Assembly (NCBI RefSeq): GCF_001186125.1
Contig: NW_014040454.1
Coordinates: 116,090 to 155,329, forward strand
DNA length: 39,240 bases
Reading direction: 5' to 3'
Origin: Sphaeroforma arctica JP610
Lineage: Eukaryota
A program made the position numbers and the translations under genes. The notes below the pieces were generated by a model. It saw nothing but the letters and a program-made list of their open reading frames with translations, searched no databases and was not told the DNA's origin. Shown here piece by piece: positions 24,390 through 36,800 of the stretch. Every line of letters starts with the position of its first letter. The stretch's first letter is position 1.

Positions 24390-25200
24390 GGTAAGATTTA
24401 TCACAGCTGCCGATGAGTGTATATTTACTGCAACTCTTCTTAACCACTGGAGTAAAGAATGAAAATTATGGGAGACCATTGATGAGGAAAGTGTCAAATG
24501 GGTTGCAGATCAGCTGGCCCAGTCCATTAACTTGGACCAAAAGGAATGGCAGAAAGCAAAGGACCTAATTTACAACGGATTCGACGAGAGACGACACGTG
24601 TACAAAACGAATACTTGTCTTGGTTGGGAATATTTTAGACGGTACGAACTCGACTAAAGTTTATTTATGCAGTCGGCACTCCTTCCTACCGTAGCACAGA
24701 AGGAGAAAGAGAAGGAGAGGAACAGCTTACAACCCAGTCATTCGCCGATCGAATCCGGCCCACGAGCAACGAGTGAGTGAGGAATCCGGGGGTGGACTCA
24801 CGGTTAGACTAGTGAAAGAACCACTTTCGCTCCCTTCCCTGACCCAAGGAACGGGTACCACAAACCCAGCCACTATATACAGACTAGTCCAACCAACCCA
24901 GCAAATGCACGAGGTGGTACGACGATTGGATGCACCCCTTAGCAGGAACGCACAGGTCATACGGAGATCATTCGCGAGACCGCACATTTGGACGAAAACA
25001 AGGATTCAGACTTAGAAGTGTACTAGGGGTTTGAGCAGACAGGAAAAACATCGAATCAGAGTCAAGTTAGCAGCGCCAACTTCTTGTCGAGTGGAAGTGC
25101 AGAAGAACTAACGCCACATCTGTTCGTATTCGAGCCACTGCCCCCTATGGTCACGGGTTAGCCAATATTACCGGGGCTACGTCAAAAACTGCAAGCAAGA
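24390..25200 (+). pseudogene. Decayed coding-like segment of unknown origin
   Basis: One frame reads as protein-like helical sequence with sparse stops (VRFITAADEC..KE*KLWETIDEESVKWVADQLAQSINLDQKEWQKAKDLIYNGFDERRHVYKTNTCLGWEYFRRYELD*SLF..EKEKER). No family is confidently recognised. Confidence 0.3.
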
Positions 25201-26245
25201 CGAACTAAACAGACATATAAAATGCTCTCTCTCTCTCTCTCTTTCTCTCTCTCGAGAATTTAAAATACACCCAGTTGAAATCACGATGGTAGATCATATA
25301 TTTATTTTCTACGAAATAATTTTCTGTACCCTTATAATAGTATGTCACGATGGTACATTATGAATTTATATTTTTATGAATTGATTTTTCCGTACCCTTA
25401 AAATAGTCTGTCATCAGACAGAGAACGTGCCGACGGTCGCGCGTGACGATCGAATGCAATTCATCACTCAGATTATCACAGGTTGCAATAGTATGAAATG
25501 TTGTTGTAATTGACTGGCTGGTGTGGAGGGTAGGAAGCGTGGAAACTGAACGGGTGGGACGATATTTGCTTACCAGCCACACGCTGGCTCGGGTTCTGAT
25601 CTTTTAGAATTCGAGGGTTTTCTATATGAAGCACTCAACGGTGTACGCCGGAAAATATTTGGGAATGCAGTGTGTACGGTGAAGTTCCTGCTGTCAGATT
25701 TAGAACTGCCACTTTGAACTAATAGAGGGGAATGGAAGGTTAGCAAATGTTGAGTTCGTATGATTTAGCTATATATATATGATATATAATATATACTTTA
25801 ACATAATATAATAATATAGATAGTATAGATGATATATATACATACATAAAATATATAAACACAGACACAGACATATATATATATATATATACATATATGT
25901 ATGTATTTATAAGGTATATATATGTGTATATCAAAATATATGTATATGTATATATCAATATCAAAATCAAAATCAACAGCAATAGCAATAGCAATATATA
26001 TCAATATCAATATCAATAGCAATAGCAATATTTATCAATATATGTGCGCTTATATATATATTGCACCTATCCTGCCAAGGATATATATATATATGTATCA
26101 AGATATATATATGTGTATTTCAATATATATGTATATGTATATATGAATATGAACATGAATTTGGATATTAATATCAATATATACATATATATATATATTG
26201 CACCTATCCTGCCAAGGGTATTTGCTTTCTACTACTTTTTTATTA

Positions 26246-27823
26246 TTATCGTCGTACCTTTCCACCTGTACTAGCCCTATAGCGCTGAACTAGCGATATT
26301 TGTTCCTTCAATTGAGCATTCAACTTACAAACTCGCTTTGGATCCCGCAATTCCCTTTCAATCCTAATCCGGTATGGTGCCAAGCTGGGAGCCTCATCTG
26401 CAGGATTGATATTCAAGAACGTATCGAAAAGCTCGGCCCATAAATCGGCCTGCCAATAGCTGTAATTCGAATATTGGGTTCAGATAATAGAATCAGGGTT
26501 AAGATAATATCTAACTCAGCTATTTGAGACACTGGGGTGTGCCAAAATCTTAGTATACGTACAGCAAGTATTGATAACAACCCGAACCAAATCGGGTTCT
26601 CCACAAACACAACAAGCCGATGCACGAGCGTACAACTGTGCTGGTTCCAGGGTGGGAGGTAGGGTAGGATAATTAGCTTCTGCGGATAATGGGATTTAGG
26701 GTTTATGGTTCAAGAAAACCGAATAAACCTCATGATCAACCTGGATGACGAAGCACTTAGCAACCCCGCATACCTGTTCATGAAACTAAAAACCCTACAC
26801 ATCTGCCCATACATGCTATAGTTCTTGTACAGAGTCCGCCTAGAACGCACTGATACGCAAGTAAACCTTGCGAGAGAACGGCACACATGGCCCTACTCCT
26901 CCAATCCCTTTCATCATTTTTACGAATAGACTCATACACTTCATCCTTTTTACGAATAGACGCATACAATTATTTTCAGGAATAGACTCACAAACTTCAT
27001 TTTTAAAAATAGACTCATAAACTTCATCGTTGTTAGGAATAAACTCATAAACACCATCATTTTAGGAATAGACTCGTATATAAATATCACTCCTGGGTGT
27101 CTGGGCCATCGTACCGTTTGAAGGCTTCTTTGGGCTTCCACCGCGATCCGCGTTTCTCAACACTCATATATCTCTTATGGAACAGGCAGTGGATGATGCC
27201 AAGCACTCCGAAGGTGTCCACCTACCGAATGAGGACAAGTGAATGAGGACAAGTGAATGAGGACAAGCGAATGAGCATAAGCGGATGATGCCAAGCGAAT
27301 GAGGACAAGCGAATGAGGACAAGTGAATGAGGACAAGCGAATGAGGACATAGACATAGACACAAACACAGACACAGACACGTGTACATACACATATACAT
27401 ACACAGACACATATACATACACTTGGTAGTTCAGTGTTGTAGGTCCTTATCCGTAGTCTCTTTTCCGTGCAAGGTACATACCTGATAGCGCCATGGCCTG
27501 TGAGCAGCCATCTCCATACAAATAAACCCCTCGGTTTTATTTGACCCCGAAAACTGAGTTTGCGCTGGGTATAGCGCACAGTCTACACTGCGTCCAAAGT
27601 CGATCAGCTGCAGTCCGAATTCTTCCCAGTCCGGGTTTTTATCCGGCGACCAATCAGAATCGGGGATTCTGTTGTATAGCGCGGAGGGGGGCAATGGGGT
27701 GAGTATGCGACATAGGCGAAAGAAAGGAATGGCCTTTTACCCAAAGTCAATAGAAGACACCCGTCACAATCGGATGCATACACACCGAAAATAAAATGCA
27801 TGTATATGTATGTTAATGACATG

Positions 27824-27854
<31 letters not shown>

Positions 27855-27871
27855 CTATACCTATATATGTA

Positions 27872-27902
<31 letters not shown>

Positions 27903-29863
27903 GATATATTTGCCGTGTCTATTAGGAGGGGGTTGGCTTTGATCTGATACTGCTGTTTGTCGGGGTGCGTATTGTAGTGTAGGACGAAGCTTGTCACACG
28001 TGCCAATATGAAACAAATTTCAAATAACACCACACTGTCGGAAATTCACACATCCCGATACACAGCTACGGCGCGACTATACCACCACACACTGCCGTTT
28101 GTTGTCACAACATAGGCCAATATACGACAATATGTGACATGTCGTAAACCACCATACATCGACCAACACGCACCCGACCATTCTGCGCAGTAAAAAGCTG
28201 CAGAATTCTCGATCCACGCTTCGTGTGTTTTCTACAACAGGTGCCAATAAACGACATGTCATACATACACCATACTTCGACAAAACATACAGATCAGCCC
28301 ATCCACCCGGGTAAAGTGCTCAAATATATCCAATACACGACATGTCGTATATACACAACACCGACCGCACAACCTCCTCGGGTCCATTGCGCAGCAACAA
28401 CAGAAGCCAATACACAACAATATACGACATGTCGTATATCCACAACACAAACAGCTCAACCTACCCAGGTCCATTGCGTAACAAGAAGTTATCTGGTTTG
28501 AGATCGCCGTGTAGTATGTCACACGCGTGTAAGACCTCCACTATACGCATTATCTCAACAGCGTAGAACATCACCAGCTCCAATGGCATGCTCACACCAG
28601 CCGAGTCGTAGGCATTTACCGCGTCGAGTAGAGAGCCTATGGATGGGTGTGTATGTATGGACTGTATAAGTACATGCAGGTGTGTATAAGATGAGGTGCA
28701 GCTGTGTGCAACCTTGGATGGGTGGGGTGAGGGGTATGTGTATACATACCGTTTAACACAAGATGAGCTACATAGCTATGTAACTGTATGTCCCCAACCC
28801 CGTTTACTATGGGATGAAGTAGTTCGATATATTAAGGTCTGTACTACAGTGGGGCTGTATTACAAATTCAGTATCTCAACTTCAGTTTCGCATAACTATG
28901 GCTGCATCCGCATACACATGCAGGTTGTGTGCCTGTCCAAGATACACACACACACACACACACACGCACACACACACACACACACCTCCATACTAAATAG
29001 TCAACCATGACTATGGCTGCATCCGCATACACATGCAGGTTGTGTGCCTGTCCAAAGACACGGTAGTTTGTGGTGGTGCTGAGGTGTGGTGGCAGCAGCT
29101 TAAAGCGTCGCTGCAGCTCATGTGCGATGTAGGACTCCCACTGACCAATGGCCCGCCTAGTGACTTTCATGGCGTACAGTCTGGATATGGGAAATGGGAA
29201 TGGAAAATAGGAAATGGAAAATAGGAAATGGGAATGGAAAATGAGACATGGGGATGAGAATAGGAATGGGAAATAAATGGAAAATGGGGATGGGAAATGA
29301 GGATGAGGAATGGGAAAAGAGAATGGCAATGGCAAATGAAAGTGGGAATGTGAATGTGAATGGAAATTGGTATGTGTATGCGAATGAGAAGATATGTGCA
29401 CATAATTCAGTAAGTACACAAGTACTATACTATACAACACAATACATACGCAAGCAACACTATACATACACAAGCACTATACTACACAATACTACACACA
29501 CACAAGTACTATACTATACAACACTATATATACACAAGTACTATACTACACAACACTACACACACACAAGTATTATACTACGCAACACTACACACACACG
29601 CGTTCTATACTATACAACACTATATATACACAAGTACTATACTACACAACACTACACACACACAAGTACTATACTACACAACACTACACACACACATGTA
29701 CTCTCCTGAATGTATTTACATATAGCGTCTATTCTAAACCACTCCTATCACAACACTCACTGTGTGCTGTGGTGCTGTGGCGGGTCGGTGTGTTCTGCCA
29801 AGTAGACCTTCGCCCACGCACCCACGCCAATGCATTTGACTACAACGTAGGCCATACCATCGG
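26246..29863 (-). CDS. BUB1: Bub1 kinase domain exons
   Basis: IGVGAWAKVY (G-loop), YAMK, WESYI, HGDLKPDNFLL, LIDFGRSVD, TEGFICMEM..RPWRYQVDTFG and KRYWQADLWAELFDTFLNI are Bub1-type signatures, with the catalytic residues intact. Confidence 0.95.
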
Positions 29864-30488
29864 CTGTACACACAGAGATCAGACCGTTGAGGAGAGTGGG
29901 TAAGTCACGGTGACGACGTATGATGGGGTTAGTAGGATATACAGTGGATGGGGTGTGTGTGTAGGTATGATTGGGACGGTGGATAGGACTCCTTCAGTTA
30001 TCGTTGATCGGGGCTGTGCTCTCCAAACAGCGCAAGACACAGTGGGGGCCATGGTACAGACTCATAGATGTATAAACACCCATACAGATAGGTATGTATA
30101 TATACTACATATACTTAGCACACACTCATAGATATACCATATAAATACGTATCAATATATACTCTGAGCACACAATCATAGATACATAAACACCCATACG
30201 AATACGTATGCATATATACTATACATACTCTGAGCACACACACATGGATACATAAACACCCATACGAATACGTTTATTAGATCCACGTCCGGGAGGGGCA
30301 TACATGGTACACACACACACACACACACATATATATATGTGAACCTACCGAGCACAACAGATTTTCTGAGGCTCTTTCGGTTGTCGCTTATTGGAGGCGC
30401 ACTCTCCTCTAAACAGCGGAACACACAGTGATTGGGCATTTGCACACACTCAAGACACGCACGGACATTCTTCTCCTGTATTGTGATG

Positions 30489-30535
<47 letters not shown>

Positions 30536-33500
30536 TACTACTACCTACTANNNNNNNNNNNNNNNNNNNNGAGAGAGAGAGAGGTGTTACATACTCATAT
30601 GCATGCACGACTACAGGTAGTAGTATCCTCGTCTACCTACACTTGAGAGTGTTTTAAGCCATTGTCTACACAAGAGACTAAGGGTAGTACAATCTCCCGA
30701 GTTTCATACACTCCCATATCAATCCCTCACCAATACTCGCAACTACTGTGTGACGAAACAGGACAGACCACGCCTGCGCAAGCAGTACTGATAACTACTG
30801 ACCTCAATTTCCAAGACAGGGCCGGTCCTATTTAGCAGGCCCGGACTAGGAGCACCGATCCGACATCACGGATATAAAACCCGGGGTTCATGTACTCTCA
30901 TATCATATCAACGCCTCAGAAGGTCTTACACCACTCTCATCCACGCACACTGGTACCATTGAATGACATGTACACGCCTCCTAATCCAAGCAAACTTGAG
31001 TCATTGAATAAGGTCCACGCTACCCACACAACTTACTATGTAGGTAACACCCGAGGAGACGTAAAACTCTAAACCTAAACTCCCTAAATCCGGAGACCAA
31101 CCTCTCCGTGGAATGCTAAAGCCGATTTCAAGTCCTTGAAATTCGGATCGGATACCCTCTTTTTTAACCCACTCAATGCTAAAACCCATCCTCACACCCT
31201 ATTCTATATTTAGAATCAAGTGGTACTACTAATACGACACAGGTACCTACCTCGAACGGATCGTGAGTGCTCAGTCCATTGGCCAACTCGGTGCTCCCAG
31301 TCCCTTCTCGCCTGTTGCTAAGTAACTCAGGTTCCGGCTTGAGCGTGGTGCCATTCCTCCTTAATTGACCACTACTCACCAGACTACTACGCCGTGATCC
31401 CGTACAACCGGGTGTCTTCCCTTGCCCTATTGCATCGCCAGTGAATGGCCTATCTCCAGTTCGTATATCCCCAGATCGACTATCACTCCTCCTTATTTGT
31501 CCACTATTCATCATACTACTACGCCTTGACCCGGTAGCGCTGGGCGTATGCCCTGGCTCTCTCACATCACTAACATAAGGTATAGGCCCACCAATATCAT
31601 GCCGTACATGACTCATATAAGCTGGTGTGCGAGCGTTCACCGGGGCCCCGTCCCGCAATCGATCGGCTCGGCCTATTCCGGTACCGATGTACTTTGGTAT
31701 CCGTATACCCTCATCCCTCTCCAACGGCTCAGCCAAGCCCACTATTCTCTCAGCACCCGCACTATTTCCACACCCCGTTAATTCGTCCCCACTTTCCTCC
31801 CGGCTATCCCCTGCGACCAAACTCAGCCTCCGGACCCCTGCCACCACGCTACGGCTCGTATCGGCACTCTGTCGCAAATTCTCCCTGTGTCGCATATTAT
31901 CACTCCGCTGCATACCATCGGCCTGCATCCTTCTGTCCCTGTGTCTCGCATCAACCGCCGCGCTTGTCCTATCACTCCCTCTCCTGTCCTCATCTCTCAC
32001 TTCACTTACGGCTGCCTCAACACCAAAGGGCCGCCTTTCGCGCCCCAACTCGTCCGTACGTGTCTCAACATCTCTGTACTCGCCTCTATCCCTATCCCTA
32101 TCCCCCCCTCCACTCTCTANNNNNNNNNNNNNNNNNNNNCCTCTATCCCTATCCCTATCCCCCCCTCCATCTCTATCCATATCTCCATCTCCATACTCCG
32201 ATCCCTGTGCCTGTATGTCACTGTATCTACCTCCCCCCCCTCCCATCTCCACGTGCCGACCCTTTCGCGGGGCTGTCTATGTACACTCCCCTCTCCCCGT
32301 CTACGACCATGTAGCTGCGCCTGCTATCCTGTGCACCCGTTTTAATCTGTCCAGGACTCACTTTGCCCTTATTACCTTTTACATCGGTCCCGTCACCCGC
32401 AGTCCTCAGTGCATGTGTTGTGCTGTGTGTTGGGTCGTCAGAGATATCTCTTCTGACACTGACACAAGCGCGTGCCTCACGTACCCCCACGTGTGGTGTG
32501 TGTGTATACTTATCTGCTTGTGTTGTACCGTATGTCTGTTTGTTTGTTTGTGTGTGGGCATGCTTCTCCACATGTGCTATATCGCCTGTCTCATTGTTAT
32601 TAGTTGCTTGGGTGTGTGTATGCTTATCTGCATGTGTTGTATCGTATGCCTTATCGTTCTTATTATTGTTTGTTTGTGTGTCCTCATCTCCATGTACAGT
32701 GTTATGCCCCTCTCCTTGCACAGAAACAGGCTCTGACCGACTATCCCGAGGTTGTGTGTGTGTGTGTGTGTGTGCGTGTGCTTGCGTATGCATATGCTCT
32801 GACCTACGTTCGTGTGTGTGTGCAGGTGTGTGTCTGTGGGCGTACACATCAGTGTGTTGCAGGTGTGGCTCCCCCCGCCTATTTGTGCGCACATCCGGGT
32901 GGTGTGTGTGTGCGTATATATATGTGTGTGTATGTGTGTCTGGATACGTCTGGGGCCGAGTCTCACTATTGGGTGTGGGAGAGAACCCTACGTGTGTATT
33001 AACGTAGCTTGGCGTGGCATCTGGGAGTGGGCTCATACCGCCGATACCGCGAGCATATCCGTTTACGTATTCGTCGACCTAGTGCAGGAGAAGGGAAGGG
33101 GTAGCACTGTATGAGAAGTAGGCATACCTGTCTTAACTATTGTAACACACATCTCAATGGAAAACGTTTGCAATACACACGTATTGATATAGTATGGGGT
33201 GGTGTATGGGAGTAGGCTTATGTATGCGTCCTTTTAGGTTAAGTCCCTAAAACCCTAACTACACGAGAAGAGAAGAGGCGGCAGAGCAACTTGATGTAAG
33301 GAAACCGTACATACACATATCCAATGTACTTAGCAGTAGGTAAGAATACCAACACATGTGTATTGGGGTTTAAGGTTTAGGGTTTATATAGTTTGGCATA
33401 GCATGTTGTGCTGTGTATATAGCATATCATGTTATAGCTTGTATAGGCCTGAGGCGACATGCCCCAACAGTAGAGTATTGATCCATTTGTGGACCGAGGG

Positions 33501-35536
33501 AGTAGCACGGCACTAGAAGTATATGAAATGGAGTCTACATATGTGAACATGTACAAACCTTATATACAATTAGAAAATTACAATGTGAAGCAATACATGT
33601 GTGGTGATGTGGCTTGGGGGTGGCATCTGGGCGAGAGGCCTAGCACGGAGTTATGCATATATATATATATAAATATATAAGTACTTATCGGCAGAAACAC
33701 ACGAATACGTACCCCCCTATATATATATATATATACATATACATGCACATGCACACACACGCACATGCACACACACACACACATATATATATAGATACAT
33801 ACACATACATGCATATCGATACAGACATGGATATAGATACATACATACATAGAAATGTGTACTTAAGGTATGTACACACATACACGTAAACACGTACACA
33901 CACATATATATATATATACATACATACATACGTACATACATATACATATAATATACATACATGAAATTAAAGGCATACATGCACATGCACCTACATATAT
34001 ACATATACATAAATGCTGGCGAGTGAGTATAGCACAGCATGGGGCCAGTGAGTAAGAAAAAGGCCTCAAATCAGGCCTCTCGGCGAGGTTTGCACGTATT
34101 GTTGCATATGAATCGACATCAATATCCATATCTAAGCAGGAAAACGGGACAACATAGTACACGTGTGCATAAAGACTCACATATAAACATATATACGCTA
34201 TATGAGAATATACGCACCCACACCCACCCACACCCATATATATTATATCAATATACAAACAATAGAAACTACTTACTAACGGGGTTGAGTGGTGATAGCC
34301 AGAGCTCGCAGAAGGCTCACGGTTGTTGTGTGTACTTGTGTGGTCTGTGCGAGTGCCTGGTGTGTGTTTGCTGCTGTGCTTTGGTACGCGGTCGTTCGGA
34401 TATCTACATTCACAAAAAAAATGAAAGAAAAGAAAGAAAAAAGAGAAGAGAAGGATAGTAAGTACATTGATATCACCGGTGTGTGTACTACTATAGTATT
34501 CAGAGCCCATTAAAGATAACTCACACACCACTCTCCATGCAAAAGATTGTGGACCCAATGACGTTATAAGCGATTGTTTAAGGTTCTAACTAGTGGTCTT
34601 GGAGGTTTATATGATCGAGCCATAGGCGAAAGGGGAAGTCACCACAAGACACAACTCATAGACGTACAGCCAAGCGCTCCAAACACTTATACTTGGGTAG
34701 TAGACAAGGATTACGTATACTACTCGGTATGATATGTACGATACTATATACATAAACATATACAGTATTATGCATATGTTTGTGTCTTAACATAGAAACA
34801 TATAATATATAGAAGATAATATATAATATATATTATATATAGCATATATAATATATAATACAGAATACGTATATAGCATATAGATACTTACACCATACAC
34901 ACACTCACTAGACCCACCTGTACTGTGACTGCATGGCTCGGAGTTCCTCCGGCGATATCTCCTCCACAAATCTGTCCAATTCAGAAAAAGCACGCGTATT
35001 ATTGGGTCACATCTATGAGCTATCTCAAAAATCAAAGCAGATTTGGACTTGACCCATTTCGGAATGTACATAAAATCGAAATTTTGGATGTACATATAGT
35101 CGAATTTCGGGATGGATATAAAATCAAATTTCAGGATGGACATATAGTGTTCTAATTACAAATTATCAAAGGGTACAAAAAAGTTTTTGACTCCCCCAAA
35201 GTTCGGGACGTTCAGCATTGCAATGCTAAGCAATGGAGGTATTGGCTTCACCCGAAGTTCGGAATGGATACCCGTTTTTAGAGGTTTAGGGCTCAAACGT
35301 ACCCGTTTTTAGAGGTTTAGGACTCAAACGTACCCGTTCTTTTGGAGCAGTAGAGCGGTGAGATGGGTCTGGCTGCCATTAGAGGTGGTCTCGGGTGGAT
35401 GTCCACTGTTTGGTGGGGTAAGGAGTGGTAGGCGTGAGTGTGGGAGTGTGAGAAGGTTACAAAGGTATTGTATGTTAAATGTATACACGTATATGTATTG
35501 TACATGCATGTGTATGTAAGTATGTATGTATGTATG

Positions 35537-35595
<59 letters not shown>

Positions 35596-36765
35596 TAGAT
35601 GTACTGTATGTATATATGTAATAGATATACTTTATGTATGTATGCAATACATATAGTTGACAATGTGTGTTGCATTGGCACTCGGGTGAGAGCCCGCTGT
35701 ATGATGCGGATATGAGGTGGTGGGTGTCAGTGTGGATGGGTGTGAAAGCGTTAACGATATCATGCACGTACATGTACATATACATAGCCGTACACACAGA
35801 CTCCGACACAGACACAGACACACATATAAATATACATACATACATACACACATACATACATACATGCATACACACACACTATACAGAGCTACATTTGAGA
35901 TAGCAGCCACATAGAGAGCAATCATGGCCAGACTCTCCTTAAGCGTGTGTTACCTGTATCTGGCAGCGTACAATGCCTCCGTCAGCCTGCGGAGTGGTCT
36001 TGCTTTCCTGCCGACGGAGAGAAATGAGAGATACACAAGTGTTGGCGATATAGATTAGATGTCTGGTATATCCAAAGATATGTAGGGATAAGGTCGTTCC
36101 TGAATTGCTAAAACCTTGAACCCCTGGGATAGATAATAGCACCCAAAAGTATAGTACAGATATAATATTAAAAACATACTACATATATAATATCAATGGT
36201 ATATTACATAAATAAAACCAATAGTATATTACATATATAATATTATCAATAGTATAATACATATATAATATCAATAGTATGTTACATATATATTGTCTAT
36301 AGTATATTACATATATAAAATCAATAGTGCAATACCTACATTTCCCTCCGACCCCGAACCCGAACGAATAAACCAATATTCCGAGGTCAGATTTTAAAAC
36401 AAATGACTAACAACATTATAAGCAACCCCACCCCACAATGAATAAACAAATAGACCTACGGACCACCGATGGCACACTCATCCACACCACACATACTATA
36501 CCACACCACACCATACTATACAACACCACACCTTGATATCCCCAGATCAAGCACACGCTGGGCATTGCGCGGGTCTCTCGCTAATAGATAGGCCGCACTC
36601 CATCTCTCGTAGAATACAGCCACCAGCCACCCAATGCGAGAGTCGTTCATGTACGCGTACACGTCCAGGGGCTTCTGGCATCTATCCGCCTGCGTACGGG
36701 GAGATATAGGGCTTGATTATGAGTATGGCAAGTATGAGTGGTGGCATCGTAATATGCGATTGAGT

Positions 36766-36800
<35 letters not shown>

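Noticed and set aside
31548..33114. Long plus-strand ORFs (369, 229 and 214 aa)
   Set aside because: Antisense shadows of the GC-rich Bub1 linker exons, with no recognisable domain.
34040..34135. Extra Bub1 exon (DMDIDVDSYATIRAN...)
   Set aside because: The flanking exons (ending 34277, starting 33078) already join in phase 0 with strong sites, while this segment needs phase 1 and has no good donor.
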